The notes beneath the pieces were generated by a model. That model was given only the letters and a program-made list of their open reading frames with translations, had not been told where the DNA came from and searched no databases. A stretch of 64,000 bases of DNA. Origin: Yuukianura sp. NJ FZ-2021. Taxonomy: Eukaryota. Position 1 is the first letter of the stretch, and each line of letters starts with the position of its first letter. Where the stretch lies: contig CM102289.1 in assembly GCA_046563655.1 (NCBI GenBank), positions 2,542,001 to 2,606,000 on the forward strand, in the 5' to 3' direction. Position numbers and translations under genes: made by a program. Positions 13,225 through 26,194 of the stretch are shown here, in pieces.

Positions 13225-14834
13225 CTAACTACTGCCTCTAGTTAGGAGGAGTATATTTATCATATAGTTAACAATGCTCTCATTTACACTAAAAATCATT
13301 CATTTGTCAACAAAATTCAAAGGGCCCACCTTAATAAAACAGGGTCGTAGGGCCCTTGTCTGTTTTCCTAATGCAGGATACGTTTTCCGAAATTGTTCTA
13401 TGCATAACAATGAATATGCATGAGTATATGCCGATCCTGACAGATAAACGTTAAGGTAAAGATGTAATTGAAAACTGACAAGAAATGAAGCAACTACATG
13501 TAGAGATAAACCGACTCGAAGACACACTGCATAAGTGAGTGAGGTAAACGCAACAGCAACAACAACGTAGGCTCCTAACGGCATCGAAATGAAATCGCTC
13601 GCGACTGTGGAATAGACGCGTAATGCAGAATAAAAATTGTTGGCCGAGTTGAATGTCAAGTGGCCTTGCTTGAGCTGTTTCTGCAGAGTTTTCAACCAAC
13701 ATTTTGTTGTTTCAGACAGAAAAATGCCTAGGATGGCGTATGCAACATATTGGTAGGCTGTGAAGTAGCAGAGGAACAAGAATGCCGCACCAATGATCAG
13801 ATTCAACAAAATATTCAAATGGGGAGCGTAGTTACGATGCCCAGTGTCGTCAATAATACTGTGTACCAGTGCGTTAACTTCGGCATAATAAGCAACACAC
13901 TGTGTAACAAAAAATAAGCCTCCAATAACAGGCACCCCTACAAAGTGTACTTGCATAACCTTGGTGATAAATGCTTTTTCTGGCACCTGGAAACGGTTTT
14001 CTATAAACACAAAAATTAGGTTACATTTTACACAAACTTGGAATTTTATTTGAGTGTAGTATAATATCGTTGAGTTTGGCAAAAGTCCTACTAAACCGCC
14101 AGGAATAGATAGCTGTAGCGAGATAGTGCAGAATGGAACCTGATAGCTCAATAAGTAGAGAGCATCTTCCCGGAGTGAGGATGTGGGTTCAACTCCCACT
14201 CGGGTCTTCATTTTTTCTGCAATATCGATCTTTGATTCCCATGTTAACCCTGAACCTCTTACAGTATAGAGATAAGTCTGTATAGCAATATGATATATAT
14301 GGCAGGAGATGAGAGATAAGATGGAGAAGTTACAAGAAAAAAGATAAAACGGACTTATGGTACACCTGATGTAATATAACGTGCTAAAGTGTGTGAATTA
14401 AAAGTGAACTAATGTAAGAATATACTATTCAATGAAATAATAATTAGTTGGATTACGTCTAACTTACCTTGTTTGGTTTTTAAAATATTGAGAAAGGTGT
14501 TGAGCAGTTGTTGCCAGGCGTTTTTGTTAACCACCATATTCAAATCAAGAACACAATTGAGACAGGAGGTAACGGACAATGTCATACATGTTAAGGTCAG
14601 CATCATATTTAAATTTACCACGAAGTTTTTTACACCTAAACTAAACCACCCAATTACACTCAGAATGTCCAATATTAAGATACAGAGGGCGCCTTTTCTG
14701 TATTTCTCGGATTCATCCACAACAAATTTTCGTTTGGAATGGCTCCATTCCAACGGATTTCGATAAGTTTTGTGAGCATTTTCTAAAGAACGTAACAGCA
14801 AAACAAAATCTCGGCGTATTTTTGGTTTCGGCAT
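13225..14834 (-). pseudogene. Gustatory-receptor-like copy 3 with premature stop (GGA>TGA at 13302-13300)
   Basis: Paralog of copies 1 and 2; the reading frame stops after ..NFVDK but the following 25 codons match copy 2 up to the ancestral stop at 13227-13225. Confidence 0.7.
14137..14216 (+). ncRNA. tRNA-like (SINE-head or pseudo-tRNA) sequence in the intron of GR-like copy 3
   Basis: ACCTGA/TCGGGT acceptor-like stem, A-box TAGCTCAATAAG, GCTC/GAGC D stem, TCTTC/GAGGA stem with 7 nt loop, GTGGG-TTCAACT-CCCAC T arm, then T6. Lacks U33 and has a 1 nt variable region, so not a canonical tRNA. Confidence 0.65.
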
Positions 14835-16004
14835 TGTCAAAAATATGTTTGTAGAGATCAGGCGTGAAACTTTTGTTCCTAGTTGTTGCACTATAACATG
14901 TGGGTATCCCTCTAAATAGAAAACAAGTACTAACTTCAAACCCCAAAAATTCAACAGTTGCTTGATATTTCTTCCAAGATGATACGCTTAATGGTCGATT
15001 AAATGTAATTATTTTCAACGTTTTAGGTGATTCTCATATTTGGAAGATATTTGAGGCGGCTTACAAAAGTTCAACCCCTTCCACGAGCATTGGCATAATT
15101 AATTATTTCTAACTTTCGTTTAATAAAACAGTTTTTGAAAAGCTTAAATGAGCAAATGATAAAGAACGTCCTCAGCAATGTTTATTGGTTTAGGACGTTT
15201 TTTAGCAGAAAATTTAGTGGCTTTGTTTGTGCAAATTTAATGCTTCCTGCAAGAAAGAGGCGGCAATAGTAGTTGCAATGTCAGAAATATCAAAAGTATT
15301 AAATTCCCTTTAAAATGCTTTTAGAAGTAAAAAAAAAATTAAAAAAGAAACTCAACGCCAAAAAAATTCCGTAAAGTCCCATCATGCTAATGGATCGTTC
15401 GATCGTACTACAAGTTAGAATCAAAGTTTTTCGAAAAATGAAACTGAAAAAGTGTTCCACTTTTTAAAACCAAAATGCGTGTAACTTTTTCTCGCAATTT
15501 TATTAAAAATCGCCGCCGTTTATTAAAGTTTATTTTTATAATTTATTACTGTTGTTTATTAATATTAGTCTACTACAAATTATTTAACATGTGTATATAA
15601 AAGCCTTCGTTTTCAGACATAAAATCTAGTCTTCTGCACCTAGTTAGAAATAATCTTGAGGCGAAGTTTGAGTAATGATCTTCTCAGAAAAGAAATTTTG
15701 TATTAAAATTAGCACGTATTTGTACCTGTTATGACGTTGCGTCATTGTAAGGTGAATTTCACTACTAAAAAGGATCTTGAATCGAGTCATACCAATTGGT
15801 TGTAAGTGCAAAAAACAAATATAAAATGACACTTAAAAAATTCTTCAGTCGCAACAAATCATTCTCCAACTCTCAACCTACAAACCCCAATTTCTGCGTA
15901 GATCTTCTTGTATACACTTGGAAAAATTAAGATTCAACTCCTTTCAACAGTACAATTGCCTTTTCCTTTACAAATTGCAATTTACAACCTACGCTGAAAG
16001 TGTA

Positions 16005-16625
16005 ATGATGTTCAAATCCTCAAACATAGCGGACTTCCTATTTGTTACTTGTCTACTTTTCGTTTGTTTTTCCGAGTCAAGTGCTTACAATTACCGAATT
16101 CGGTATCAACCGGAAATTGATTCAGTGGGACTTGAAGGCTATTTTAAAAATGTGCGCCTTTTCGAATCCTTGGAGCCTTGTATTGTGCAGGGCGGAAATT
16201 GTGACAGTGTGGTTGGTCGGTGGCTAAAACGTAAGTTTAAGTTAAGAAGGTTAGGTTAGGTTAAATTTTGAAGTAAATATTGCTAACATTTGAGTAATTG
16301 CTTGTGGGCATACAATCATTCAACCTCAATTTTTGATCTTTGCGTATTATACCTATTTTTTACTTATAGTATTAATTTTTAAAACAATTGTTTACTATGT
16401 ATAATTATAATATTTCATTTAACTTATTCAATTTTCTATGTTTAACCCATAGCACGTATTCGACAATTGCTGAATGGAATGTGTCCACTCTGTACAAGTA
16501 AACAGATGAAGGAAACACAAAGTGGAATTGAGTTCTTGAAGAAAGAAAAACCAGAATTATTCCAAAACCTTGAACAATCTCTCAGCACACCCTCAACACA
16601 AAAAATGCAACCAAAACGCACTTAA
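16005..16625 (+). CDS. Chemosensory protein (CSP, OS-D/A10 family) 1; exons 16005-16230, 16453-16625
   Basis: Signal peptide; four-Cys pattern CIVQGGNC...CPLC; phase-1 intron at the typical mid-gene CSP position; K..PE C-terminal motif. Confidence 0.85.
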
Positions 16626-17075
16626 ATTTTTGGTTAGTTATACTTTTGGCAATACATTATATCAATAGTTGCTTAATTAACTTATGTTTAAAGTTCCGAG
16701 AATGTCATATGAGTATGTGACACAGCATAAAAATTGTTCCTTGAATATATTTGGCATTGAAGAAGCCATTCTGAATATATGAATAAACCGTCATACAATT
16801 TACGCGTTAGTTGAAAATGGGTTTCAAGAAAACTGACTATGACTCAATCCACTTAGGTAAATTTTAGTTATAGATTATGGAGCAAGGTAGAGGTCAAATT
16901 TTCAGTAAACTTTTTCTTAATTATTGTTAAGGTCAGTAAATTGCTTTAACAACAACACTAATGGCAGAATAGTTAACTCATGTTTTAACTAAGGTAAGAC
17001 AGAATTTTGTAGAGGTTTGGATAAGGCGATCTTCCAAACATTTTTCACACTCCTGCGGAGACGCCGCTTTTGAAA

Positions 17076-17627
17076 ATGGAGATTTCCCGCCTTTTTGTTC
17101 TCATCTGCGTGTCTTTGACCTTTGTATTGGCAGAGGTTACAGCAGACGACTACTTACCGTTATATCAACCGGAATTAGAAAACATTGAAATCGACACGTA
17201 CATCAACAACCCACGGTTGTTTAATCTGGAAACAAAGTGTCTCCTGTATGATGGACCATGTGACTTGGTTGGACGGTTTTTGAAACGTAAACTAAAACTT
17301 AGACGAAAGTTTTTTTTTTTGGCGATTGATTTAAATGTTTTGAAAACATTTACAGCAAGAATTGCCAAAGGGCTGCTTGGAGAATGCATCCTGTGTACAC
17401 CAAAACAGGCAGTGACATTGCAAAAGCTGCTTGTTTGGGTGCAAACAAATCGACCCGAATTGTACCGCTTGACAATTGCAAAGTACTTGCAAACTTCTGG
17501 AATTAGCCTTCCACCAAACGAATTGGCCACTTTAGAAAAACTGGAGCGGCAAGAAGGAATCGAAGCCACAGTCACCGCCACAAGTACAACGCCAAAGACA
17601 ATACACTTTTTAGAAAGTGGAATTTAG
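17076..17627 (+). CDS. Chemosensory protein (CSP) 2; exons 17076-17286, 17356-17627
   Basis: Signal peptide; IDTYINNPRL, CLLYDGPC...CILC, RPELY..KY; 69 nt in-frame GT-AG intron at the same position as in CSP1. Confidence 0.9.
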   Translation: MEISRLFVLICVSLTFVLAEVTADDYLPLYQPELENIEIDTYINNPRLFNLETKCLLYDGPCDLVGRFLKRKLKLRRKFFFLAIDLNVLKTFTARIAKGLLGECILCTPKQAVTLQKLLVWVQTNRPELYRLTIAKYLQTSGISLPPNELATLEKLERQEGIEATVTATSTTPKTIHFLESGI

Positions 17628-18974
17628 AACATCTTCGACACATTTTTAAAAACATTCCTGTGTTTCCAAATTTTTGGAGAACCCTTAAGCATTGTCAAAC
17701 AAATTTAACAAATTTCGAATTTATGAATTTATTTGTGGCGACTCATTGTGCCAATTTAAAGACTAAAGTGTAAACCTCAATTCATTGGGCCTCTTTCTAT
17801 AATGTTAGCAGTAATAAATTGGTTTTGACTCTACCTAGAAATCTAACCAAAATTGAACTGTTGTAATGTAACTAGCGTATACAAATGAGAGTGTATTTGA
17901 CTTATTACTTGTGAACCGAAACGGGGCCTTCCTATTGCAGGTCAATGAGCTTGACCTTCAACGGTCAAGGCACACACAGTACTCCAACACATTAGGGAAA
18001 ACCAGCTACTATGAAAAAATAGAAAATATTTTTTTATCCAATGTGTAGTGGAACCATGGTTTTAAGCAAACCACTATTGAAACATGGCTAACGGTGAGGC
18101 ATCAGGGCTCAAAGAATCAGGGTCGGGGGAACGATTCAAGGTGGAGCTGACTTAAATAAACTAAAATTAAGTTTACAAACTAACACTTGAAATTAAACTG
18201 GTGAGAATTCAATACGAGAGACAAATTCAAGTTCAACAGTGGGCACAACTTTGCATTAAATGTTAAGTTAGACCAGAAGTAATTACAATGACAAAGTAAT
18301 TATAATTACACAATCAGTAAATTAGTTAATACAAATGACACATCCACTGCTTTACACAACCCTCCAGGATCAGTCTTCAGAAAATTAATTTACAAAGACA
18401 GTCTCATATGGTACAGTCTAAAGTTTAGTAAGTTGATTAATTACTCTAGTAAACTATCCATAGTTCTCCCATGACCAGAAATTTGACATTTGACAGAAAT
18501 ATTTTAAACGTAACCTGTATTAATTTTGTAGTACCTAAGATACATAATTGAACTAATTCTTGCGCTTGATGATGAGAAAGACGACGTAATCGAAATTATG
18601 AATTTGTTACGACTCTCAACTTACGACTAACCAAGTAGGCACGCCTAGTTACAAAAACAGAACCAAGAGTATTTTCAAAAAAAATGGGGGTTTTAATCGC
18701 TGACGTGCGTTTCAAACATGACAGTGAACGTTCAGTGTAACTGGAGTGTCGCCATATTACCCTGGAAGTGAAAATGTCGCGTAATGAATTGAAGTCAAAC
18801 ATTTGAAATTTATTTTAGTTTGGTTGCAGTTGACAACAATTAAAATTAAAATTAGTACAATCAATAGTAAAATAAAAAATAAAATTAGTTTATTTTATAG
18901 TCCATGCATCAAACTCTTTTCTACTTCTAAAGTCTAAAACTAGTTCCATTAAGTCGGATTCCAACTACGTCAAA

Positions 18975-19781
18975 TTACAACCCTCTGCAGCTAGACGTTG
19001 TTATCTGTAACGACATGCAAGCATTAGTAATAAATTGTAGAATGTGCAGATGAAAGAAAAATGGAAAATTATCGCTTAAATTGTAGCGCAAAGATTTTAG
19101 AGCAAAACCCCAAGTGCAAATAAAACATGCAAATTTCGTGCGTTGTCAATGTTAGCGTCAATAGCTTAGATATTACAAAGCAATTGCATGCGGCGTTTAA
19201 TAAAGCCCTCAATGTTTCACAAGTACTGTACAAATGCAGACAAAAAAAAAGACTCACTTCGTCGAAGATGACATGGGCATCTGCTGCACGTTGTAAATAC
19301 GCACTCAGAGTTGCGAATCCTAAATTTAACAGAGAATTAATTTTTGTTTTGTCAATTCAAATTTTTATTAAAAGATCAGACATACCGGGTTGATCCATAG
19401 CGATCAATAAATCTCGTACATTCCACGCAGGATCAAAATACCGCAATCTATATTGGTTTGTCGCAATGTCGCCCGGATGTATCGCTGCTTGGATATGGAG
19501 GCCGAATCTAAATGTCCACGTTTCGTGAACTAGGAAGTCAAAACAAACAACGGTAAATGCTCATTCTTTGACATTTATAGCACATGAAGCAAAACTTTTG
19601 GAGTCATACCCGGTAACGATGTTATCAGGAAATTAACTGCTACCGACCTTCGCCCCCAAATATCGGTCTCAATGGAGACACGCCATCTCCCTTGGAAATA
19701 ACTTCGATTACTTCCTTGAATAAAAACTGGATGAGCGATGTGCAGTCCAATTAATTCGAGGCTGAATAGATCTTCGGCCAT
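18975..19781 (-). CDS. Small multi-exon hypothetical protein (about 135 aa), no family recognised
   Basis: ATG exon (MAEDLFSLEL...SLP), exon ~19530-19387 (VHETWTFRFG...MDQP), exon ~19319-19258 (GFATLSAYLQRAADAHVIFDE) linked by phase-compatible GT-AG introns; last exon uncertain. Confidence 0.45.
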
Positions 19782-20156
19782 TTTTTAGATTGTCGAACTT
19801 CCTTACAATACTTTGTGAACTTTTCTGAAACACTGTCGACTCATCCAATGCCTAAGCGTTTTTAAGTCATAAGTTACGAAGACTTGCCGACCCTTCAGTT
19901 CGAAGAAGCGATAAAAATAGGACACGTCGCATAAGCTTTAGGGCAATTTTATGTTTAGTTTTCCATTGTATTTAGTGGTAGAACTCTGACCATGATATCT
20001 CACCTTGACACAAGCTCATCTAAAGATTAACAACAACCTTCGTTGGTACACACTACCTTCTATATTTTCCCAAACCGAATTTTGATAATTATCATTGAAT
20101 CTAGAAAACCCTTATTATTTGAGTTTAAGTTTTTGAAGATCGCCGAAAAATCAACC

Positions 20157-20294
20157 AATCGACCTGAATTGTACCGCTTAGCAATATTCTGGAATTACAA
20201 CAAGGGAATTGGCCATTTTGGAAAAACTGGAGCGACAAGAAGGAATCGAAGCCACAACCACCGCCACAAGTACAACTCCAAAGGCCATATACTT
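20157..20294 (+). pseudogene. Degenerate copy of CSP2 exon 2
   Basis: Aligns by eye to 17448-17610 (AATCGACC.GAATTGTACCGCTT; GAAAAACTGGAGCG.CAAGAAGGAATCGAAGCCACA) with deletions; no exon 1 seen. Confidence 0.8.
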
Positions 20295-20736
20295 ATAACA
20301 AGAGTGGCATCAACGAATTCTGCAAAATATTTCAATATTTTTCATCTCCGCTTCAAATTTTTTTCCTGAAACTTTAAAAAGAATTGCCAAAGAACTTTAA
20401 CGAATAAAAAAATGGAGCTGTTATGGACCATGTTAGCAATTGACATTGACACACGCTTAAAATTTTTTAAAAAGTTGCGTGATTACTAAAAAGCTAAAGT
20501 ATTTCAACAACAGCAAATCAATATTTCTAGCACAGGCAACGAAGATTGGCTTGACCTTACAACAAAATGTCAAACGATACAATCGCGCTATAGCATAAGT
20601 GTTTTGTTTAAGCGATTAAGTTTAGATTTGATTTACAGTTATCAGTTGGGATGAGAGTAGAAAAACGCTTAAATAATCCAAGAAACAGCCAATACCCACA
20701 AGTAGTACTTGGATAGTTCATTTGTACTCATCAAAA

Positions 20737-23367
20737 ATGTTTCCAAAATTGGAACCCAAAATCTGGTTTTTCCTACTCATTTTTACCTTGAGTGGAGTCA
20801 AGGTCAAGGGCGAATTGGTGCCATTAACACCCGCAGAGCCACTGGAAGGGACAAAAGCTGCTCCCGGAAGTCTTTGGCCACTTCCACAAGAATGGCAGTC
20901 GTCTAGCAATTTGGTTTCCATAGGAACACCACAAGATTTCAATTACGTTCTTAACGTGGAAAGCTGCGAGCCACTTGAATGGGCTTTTGGGAAATACAAT
21001 CATGAATTCTTATTCGGAACTCACTCAGCGCCAGATTCAAATTACCCGATTTTCAAAAACGTTTTCGTCAATGTAGCTAACTCTGCCGACTCCAATCTAT
21101 GCCAAAACTTTCCCCAGTTCTCCCGTGACCAGTCATATGAATTATGTAACTGTTATGCTCTTCTTTGATTTTTTGAATATTTCAAAAAAATTACAAAAAC
21201 ATTCCTAAAATATTAAGCACAACTTGTATGTACAAAAACTTGGGAATTATAGATACACTAAATGTTGCGGTGGACGATGAGAATTTTGGATACGCCGTTA
21301 TCGACGCCACAACCGTATGGGGAGGTAAAGTGAAAATGTTTAAATAGAGGAATCATCAAGTTCAAAGTCAATTTTTTAAATTTTGTTCATGATTCTCATA
21401 AAATTTGGCTATTTAAGCACTCAGAGGCCTCGAATCGTTTTCTCAGTTGTGGTTTACCAACGACTGGGAAAGTGAAACGAGACACTTCTATATCAACGTT
21501 ACGACTGTCAATGATTGGCCACGATTTCCACACCGAGGAATGCTAATTGATACTGCACGACACTACCAACCAGTATCCACAATTGTACAAGTTCTGGATG
21601 CCATGATGTACAACAAATTTAATGTCCTGCATTGGCACATTACGGATGACCAAAGTTTCCCATTTGTCAGTACAACGTTTCCAGAGTTGTCCGGAATGGT
21701 AAATTTCCAGAGAAAAAAAACATTTCAAAAATTTTGTTTTCAAAAACGTTTTTAATGTTATACCGTACCTTTCAGGGAGCTTATTCACCTAAACACGTTT
21801 ACACACCAACTACGGTGACTCAAGTAATGAATGAAGCACGCTTGCGCGGTATTCGTGTTTTACTTGAATTTGACACTCCTGGACATACTCACGCTATGGG
21901 CAACTCCCATCTTGGTTAGTCGAATAGACGCAACCAAAACATTGAAAAGATGAACATTAAATGTAAAAAAATATTTTTTTAATGTAAAGTATATAACTTT
22001 ATTCTTCAGAACTTTTGACACCATGCTACGGCGATGGCGAGACGCCTGGAACACCAGACTATCCAAATCACGCAGCTTACCAAAATTTGGACCCGACCCG
22101 GGAAACAACGTACGAGTTTATGCGCGAGCTGTTTACGGAAATTTACGACATTGCAGAAGATGATTACCTTCATTTAGGAATGGATGAGGTATGTTGTTAA
22201 ACATTCTGAGAAAATGGTTATGCTATATTAAAATATCAAGTGTGGAAATGCGGTAAATTTGAATTATTCGGTAAATCTAATGTTACTTGTAGGTCTACTA
22301 CGAGTGCTGGAATTCATCTCTGGCTATTAAGGACTTCATGGTAGAACAAGGTTATACGGAACTGAATGAGGTACAGGCACACTATACGAATCGCCATCTC
22401 GAAATGATTTCAAGCCTTGGAGCAAAATCAATCATATGGCAAGATCCAATTGACGAAGGAGTGTCGGTAAAAACATAACAGCTATTACCATTCTAAAGGT
22501 TTTACAATAAATGCGAAATAAATTAGTACAAAATATATTATAAATATAATAAGTGCACAATATATTTAAATGTACTGTTCTAGATACACTCTGAGGTGAT
22601 GGTTGAAATGTGGAAAGATTGGGGTGAAGGTGGATGGACAAACTGGACTCAGGTATGAACTCAAACTCAAACAATTCAAGCTAAAACATAAAAATTCTAG
22701 AAACAAAAATTTCGATAAATTTTTGCAAAATCATTTCAGCAAGTACTGGACATGGGCTATGAGGTAACGATCACTGAAGTAAAAAAATCGAAATGCTTTT
22801 AAAAAAAATCTCGATGTGTTTTCTAGGTCATCATTTCCTCCCCATGGTATTTAAACTACATTAGCTACGGTCAGACATGGCGACAGTACTACGAAGTTGA
22901 CCCAGTTTATGACATCCCTGACCGTAAGATAAATTTTAACCCAATTTTTGTGCCACAGTGGTACAAATTTCTTAGTTTTCCGCAACATGTTAATGTGTTT
23001 CGCTTTTTCAGTAAAACCTGGTCAAGAAGATCAAATTCTTGGAGGCGAAGTCTGTATGTGGGGAGAGTATGTGGATAAGGTAATTTGTTTTAACTTTTTT
23101 GAAATGACTAATGTGTTGAAGGTTGAAAATTTAAAATATGGAGCTACATGTTCTAAAAATATTTTTCAGACAAACCTTATTCCAAGACTGTTTCCATTTT
23201 CAAATGCTGTGGGAGAGCGACTATGGTCGGCGCCAAATTCGAGTTCGACAGACGACGCCATGTGGAGGTTGGATGAACAAAGATGTCGTATGTTATGGAG
23301 AGGCATTGCAGCTCAACCAATTCTCCAGGGATTCTGTGGTTCTTGGGAAGTAGACAACGACCGATAA
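20737..23367 (+). CDS. Beta-hexosaminidase (GH20, HexA/HexB-like), about 11 exons
   Basis: Signal peptide, [48 protein letters not shown], catalytic [29 protein letters not shown]. Confidence 0.95.
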
Positions 23368-23809
23368 GTCAAAATTATTTTCAAAAATGGGGCTCTTCTG
23401 TATGGTTACACAAAGTGATTAAAATCTGATAAACTAAAATTAGCATTTCCAATCCAACCTTCCCGGCTTCCAATTTGAAGTCAGAAATTTTAAAATGCGT
23501 TTTCAATTTATTTTAAATTAACTTTTTGTACCAAACGTACGTCGAACGAAAAGTGGCCTAGGAACATTGTTAGCAGCATTCCACGTTACAGAATTACGGT
23601 GCACTTCGATGGTGAAGTTGGAAACAGTTTAAGCTAACCTAAAACTAGTAAAATTGGATATACAAAACTAAAGATTTATCAGTTACTTTACAGTCTTTTG
23701 AAAAAGTGGGTGAAATTGTTCACCGAAATTCATAGAAAAAAAAGTCTAATTTTGAATACCTTGGAATGCATCTGCGTGTGCCCCGGAAGTACTGCCTAAT
23801 ACTTTTTCA

Positions 23810-26194
23810 TTACAAATTTTCCATTCGTTCTCTGGTGATTTTCTCCTCGACTGTTCCGCGGGTAACAAATCTAACAACTTGGACAGAACGTTGTTGACCA
23901 AATCGACAAGCCCTTGCAATTCCCTGCTTCTCGGCTGCAATACTCTCCTCCTCCGTGGGCAAATTGAAAGGATGAAGGATGATAACGTGTGAAGCAGCAA
24001 TGATGTTGGCTCCACTCACAGATTGTTCAGAAGACATGAGCAGCACCTTGGTATCCTCTTTCTCAAACTTCTTAAGGGCATTTCCTCGAGCAGCGACAGT
24101 TCCAGCCAAATTGACACATCCGATTCCATATTGTCTGAGGGCACTTACGATTAGTGTTGCCAGTTTTGAGTATTGCACGAAGATGATAAACTTGAAAGAC
24201 GAATCGATTGAACTCTGAGTACCGATGTACAGCACCAATTGGTTGATTTTGGAGCCAAACGTTGAAAAGCGTTCGTTATTCGTGTCTCCGTTCTCCTTCC
24301 CAGTTGCAGAATCACATCGCAACTAAAAATACATAAAAATAGACAGTTTGTTATATGGATAACTGCGTTCTTCAGAATTTCATCGTTTCGTTACCTTGAC
24401 TGTCATCACAGAATCTCGAGGAATTGGAGCTCGGCATATAGAGCAGGGCGCAGCAGATGAAAGTCTTGAAAGGCAGTCTACACAAAAAGCATGGCCACAA
24501 GCAGTGAGCGAAATCGTTTCAATCCCGTCAGCAAAATCATCCAGACAGATTGGACATGACTGTTCATCTCCTGCTTTCAAGGCGCTGATGATATTTGAGA
24601 AGTACTTGATCTCTGTGGCCAATCTTGGAATGTCTCGTCTACAATTTGAAACGATGCATTCTTGCTTCCGCAGTTTTGCTCTCGTCTTTGCCAGCTTGCT
24701 ACGAAGTTCTTCTTTCACGTCCTTGTTAGTTTCGCGAGATATCTTGGGATTTAAAAACAATACTCGTGGGTAATATAATTTTTTTTGTATTAGTTTCAAT
24801 GTGTCGTCCACAAACCAATTAGTGTTTAACTAGCTAACCCCTACAAATAGTAATGTAATTTTACTAACCTTATCTCTCAGTGACTCAACCTTCGCCTCCA
24901 ACCTGGGAACTCGGGCTAAAGCAGCCGGTAGAAGTTCGTCAGACATCTTGTCCATTCGCAGCTTGTAATCTCGCTGGAGCTTGGCGGATACTTGATCTAT
25001 AGTCATCCCTTCATCCAAATCAAGCCGATGAATTGGAATATCGTTGACGTTAAAGTGTGAGCAAGCCATTAGTTGGGCATTGAGTGGGCTATTCCGGAAC
25101 AAATTGTACACGGCCAGTTCTTTGGCAGAAAGATCAATCCAAGTAATTTTTTGCTGAGCAGGCGGAACTCCAAGGTCAGGATTGTTCGACCTAACAATTT
25201 GAACCTTTAGCTGAGATATAGCCTTGGCTTGCTCGAGATCAGTTTGCACGAGACCGGCTCTTGAGATGCAGTTCAGTACGGCATTGAACAAGTCAGCATC
25301 CCTTGGTGGTGTTCCGGTCAAACCCCAGCGCCAATTAGAATGAAAGTTTTCCATGAAGGGAACAAAGGGAGAGTCTCCTCGTCTGGATTGGTCGTAAATC
25401 TCATGGACTTCGTCGTAGACGATTCTATGAAACTGGAATCTAGAGAGCACGCCCTGGTAACTTACGAGATCTTTATAAGAGTTCACAGAAGGTGGATTCA
25501 GAGATTCGATGTCGGCGGCAATAGCCATGTATCCTGGTTCAGCAAGAAGATAGTATGGCATGATAATGACATCCGCAAGAGCGACTTCAAGGCATGACAC
25601 TGCACGCAGTATGTTTATCGTTGTGATCTCCAAAATTTTGAGTGCAGGGTCACAACGACGGATTTCATTTGCCCATTGATCAATAATGTTGCGTGGACAC
25701 AGTAGCAACGTGGCTTTGGAGCGAATTCGATTGCGATGATCCATGAAGAAAGAGCGGCAGGGATTGGACTTAATGAGAGCAATCATAAGAACGGATTTGC
25801 CAGTTCCAGGTTTGTCAGCTACGATTCCACCAAAAACTCGGATTGGATTGGATCCAGAGTTGACAAGAATCGACACGTCCGTGTCTTCTATCGTCAACAT
25901 CCACGTGAGTCCCCGCTTTTGGTGCGGCAAGAGTGCGAGGCCGAACCCTGGTGGAGTTTCGGTTGGGTCGTACATCGAAGTGTCCAGGAGGTCGTTCGAG
26001 TTACGGTTGCGAGGAGGAATCCGCCTCACATTCGAACGACCGTTAGGAGATGCATTGGCCACGGTTGGAAGAGCATTGAGCTCAGCGAGTTTTCGAATGA
26101 ATTCTCTCCGTTCTTCGGCAGTGTGCCTTGGTGGATTCCTGAGTGACATCAATTGCGTCCAATCCCCTCGCCGGTTAGATCTAGTCTGAGCCAT
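23810..26194 (-). CDS. SNF2-family ATPase with inserted C3HC4 RING (Rad5/Rad16/HLTF/SHPRH-like architecture), at least 3 exons
   Basis: LLPHQ, GGIVADKPGTGKS (Walker A), IVYDEVHE (Walker B), WGLTGTP, RING CPIC...CGHAFCVDC...CSICR, helicase-C SGANIIAASHVI and QGIARACRFGQ. 5' end may extend into upstream exons. Confidence 0.88.

Noticed and set aside
14137..14207. Functional tRNA gene
   Set aside because: No U33, 1 nt variable region and a mismatched first acceptor pair; kept only as tRNA-like.
13300..14211. 303 aa ORF as a single-exon protein
   Set aside because: Its first ~70 codons run through intron and tRNA-like sequence; the true exon starts near 14001 by comparison with the paralogs.
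18567..18596. Second hammerhead-like motif (TTGATGA...CGAAA)
   Set aside because: Core C is missing and no convincing stems form.
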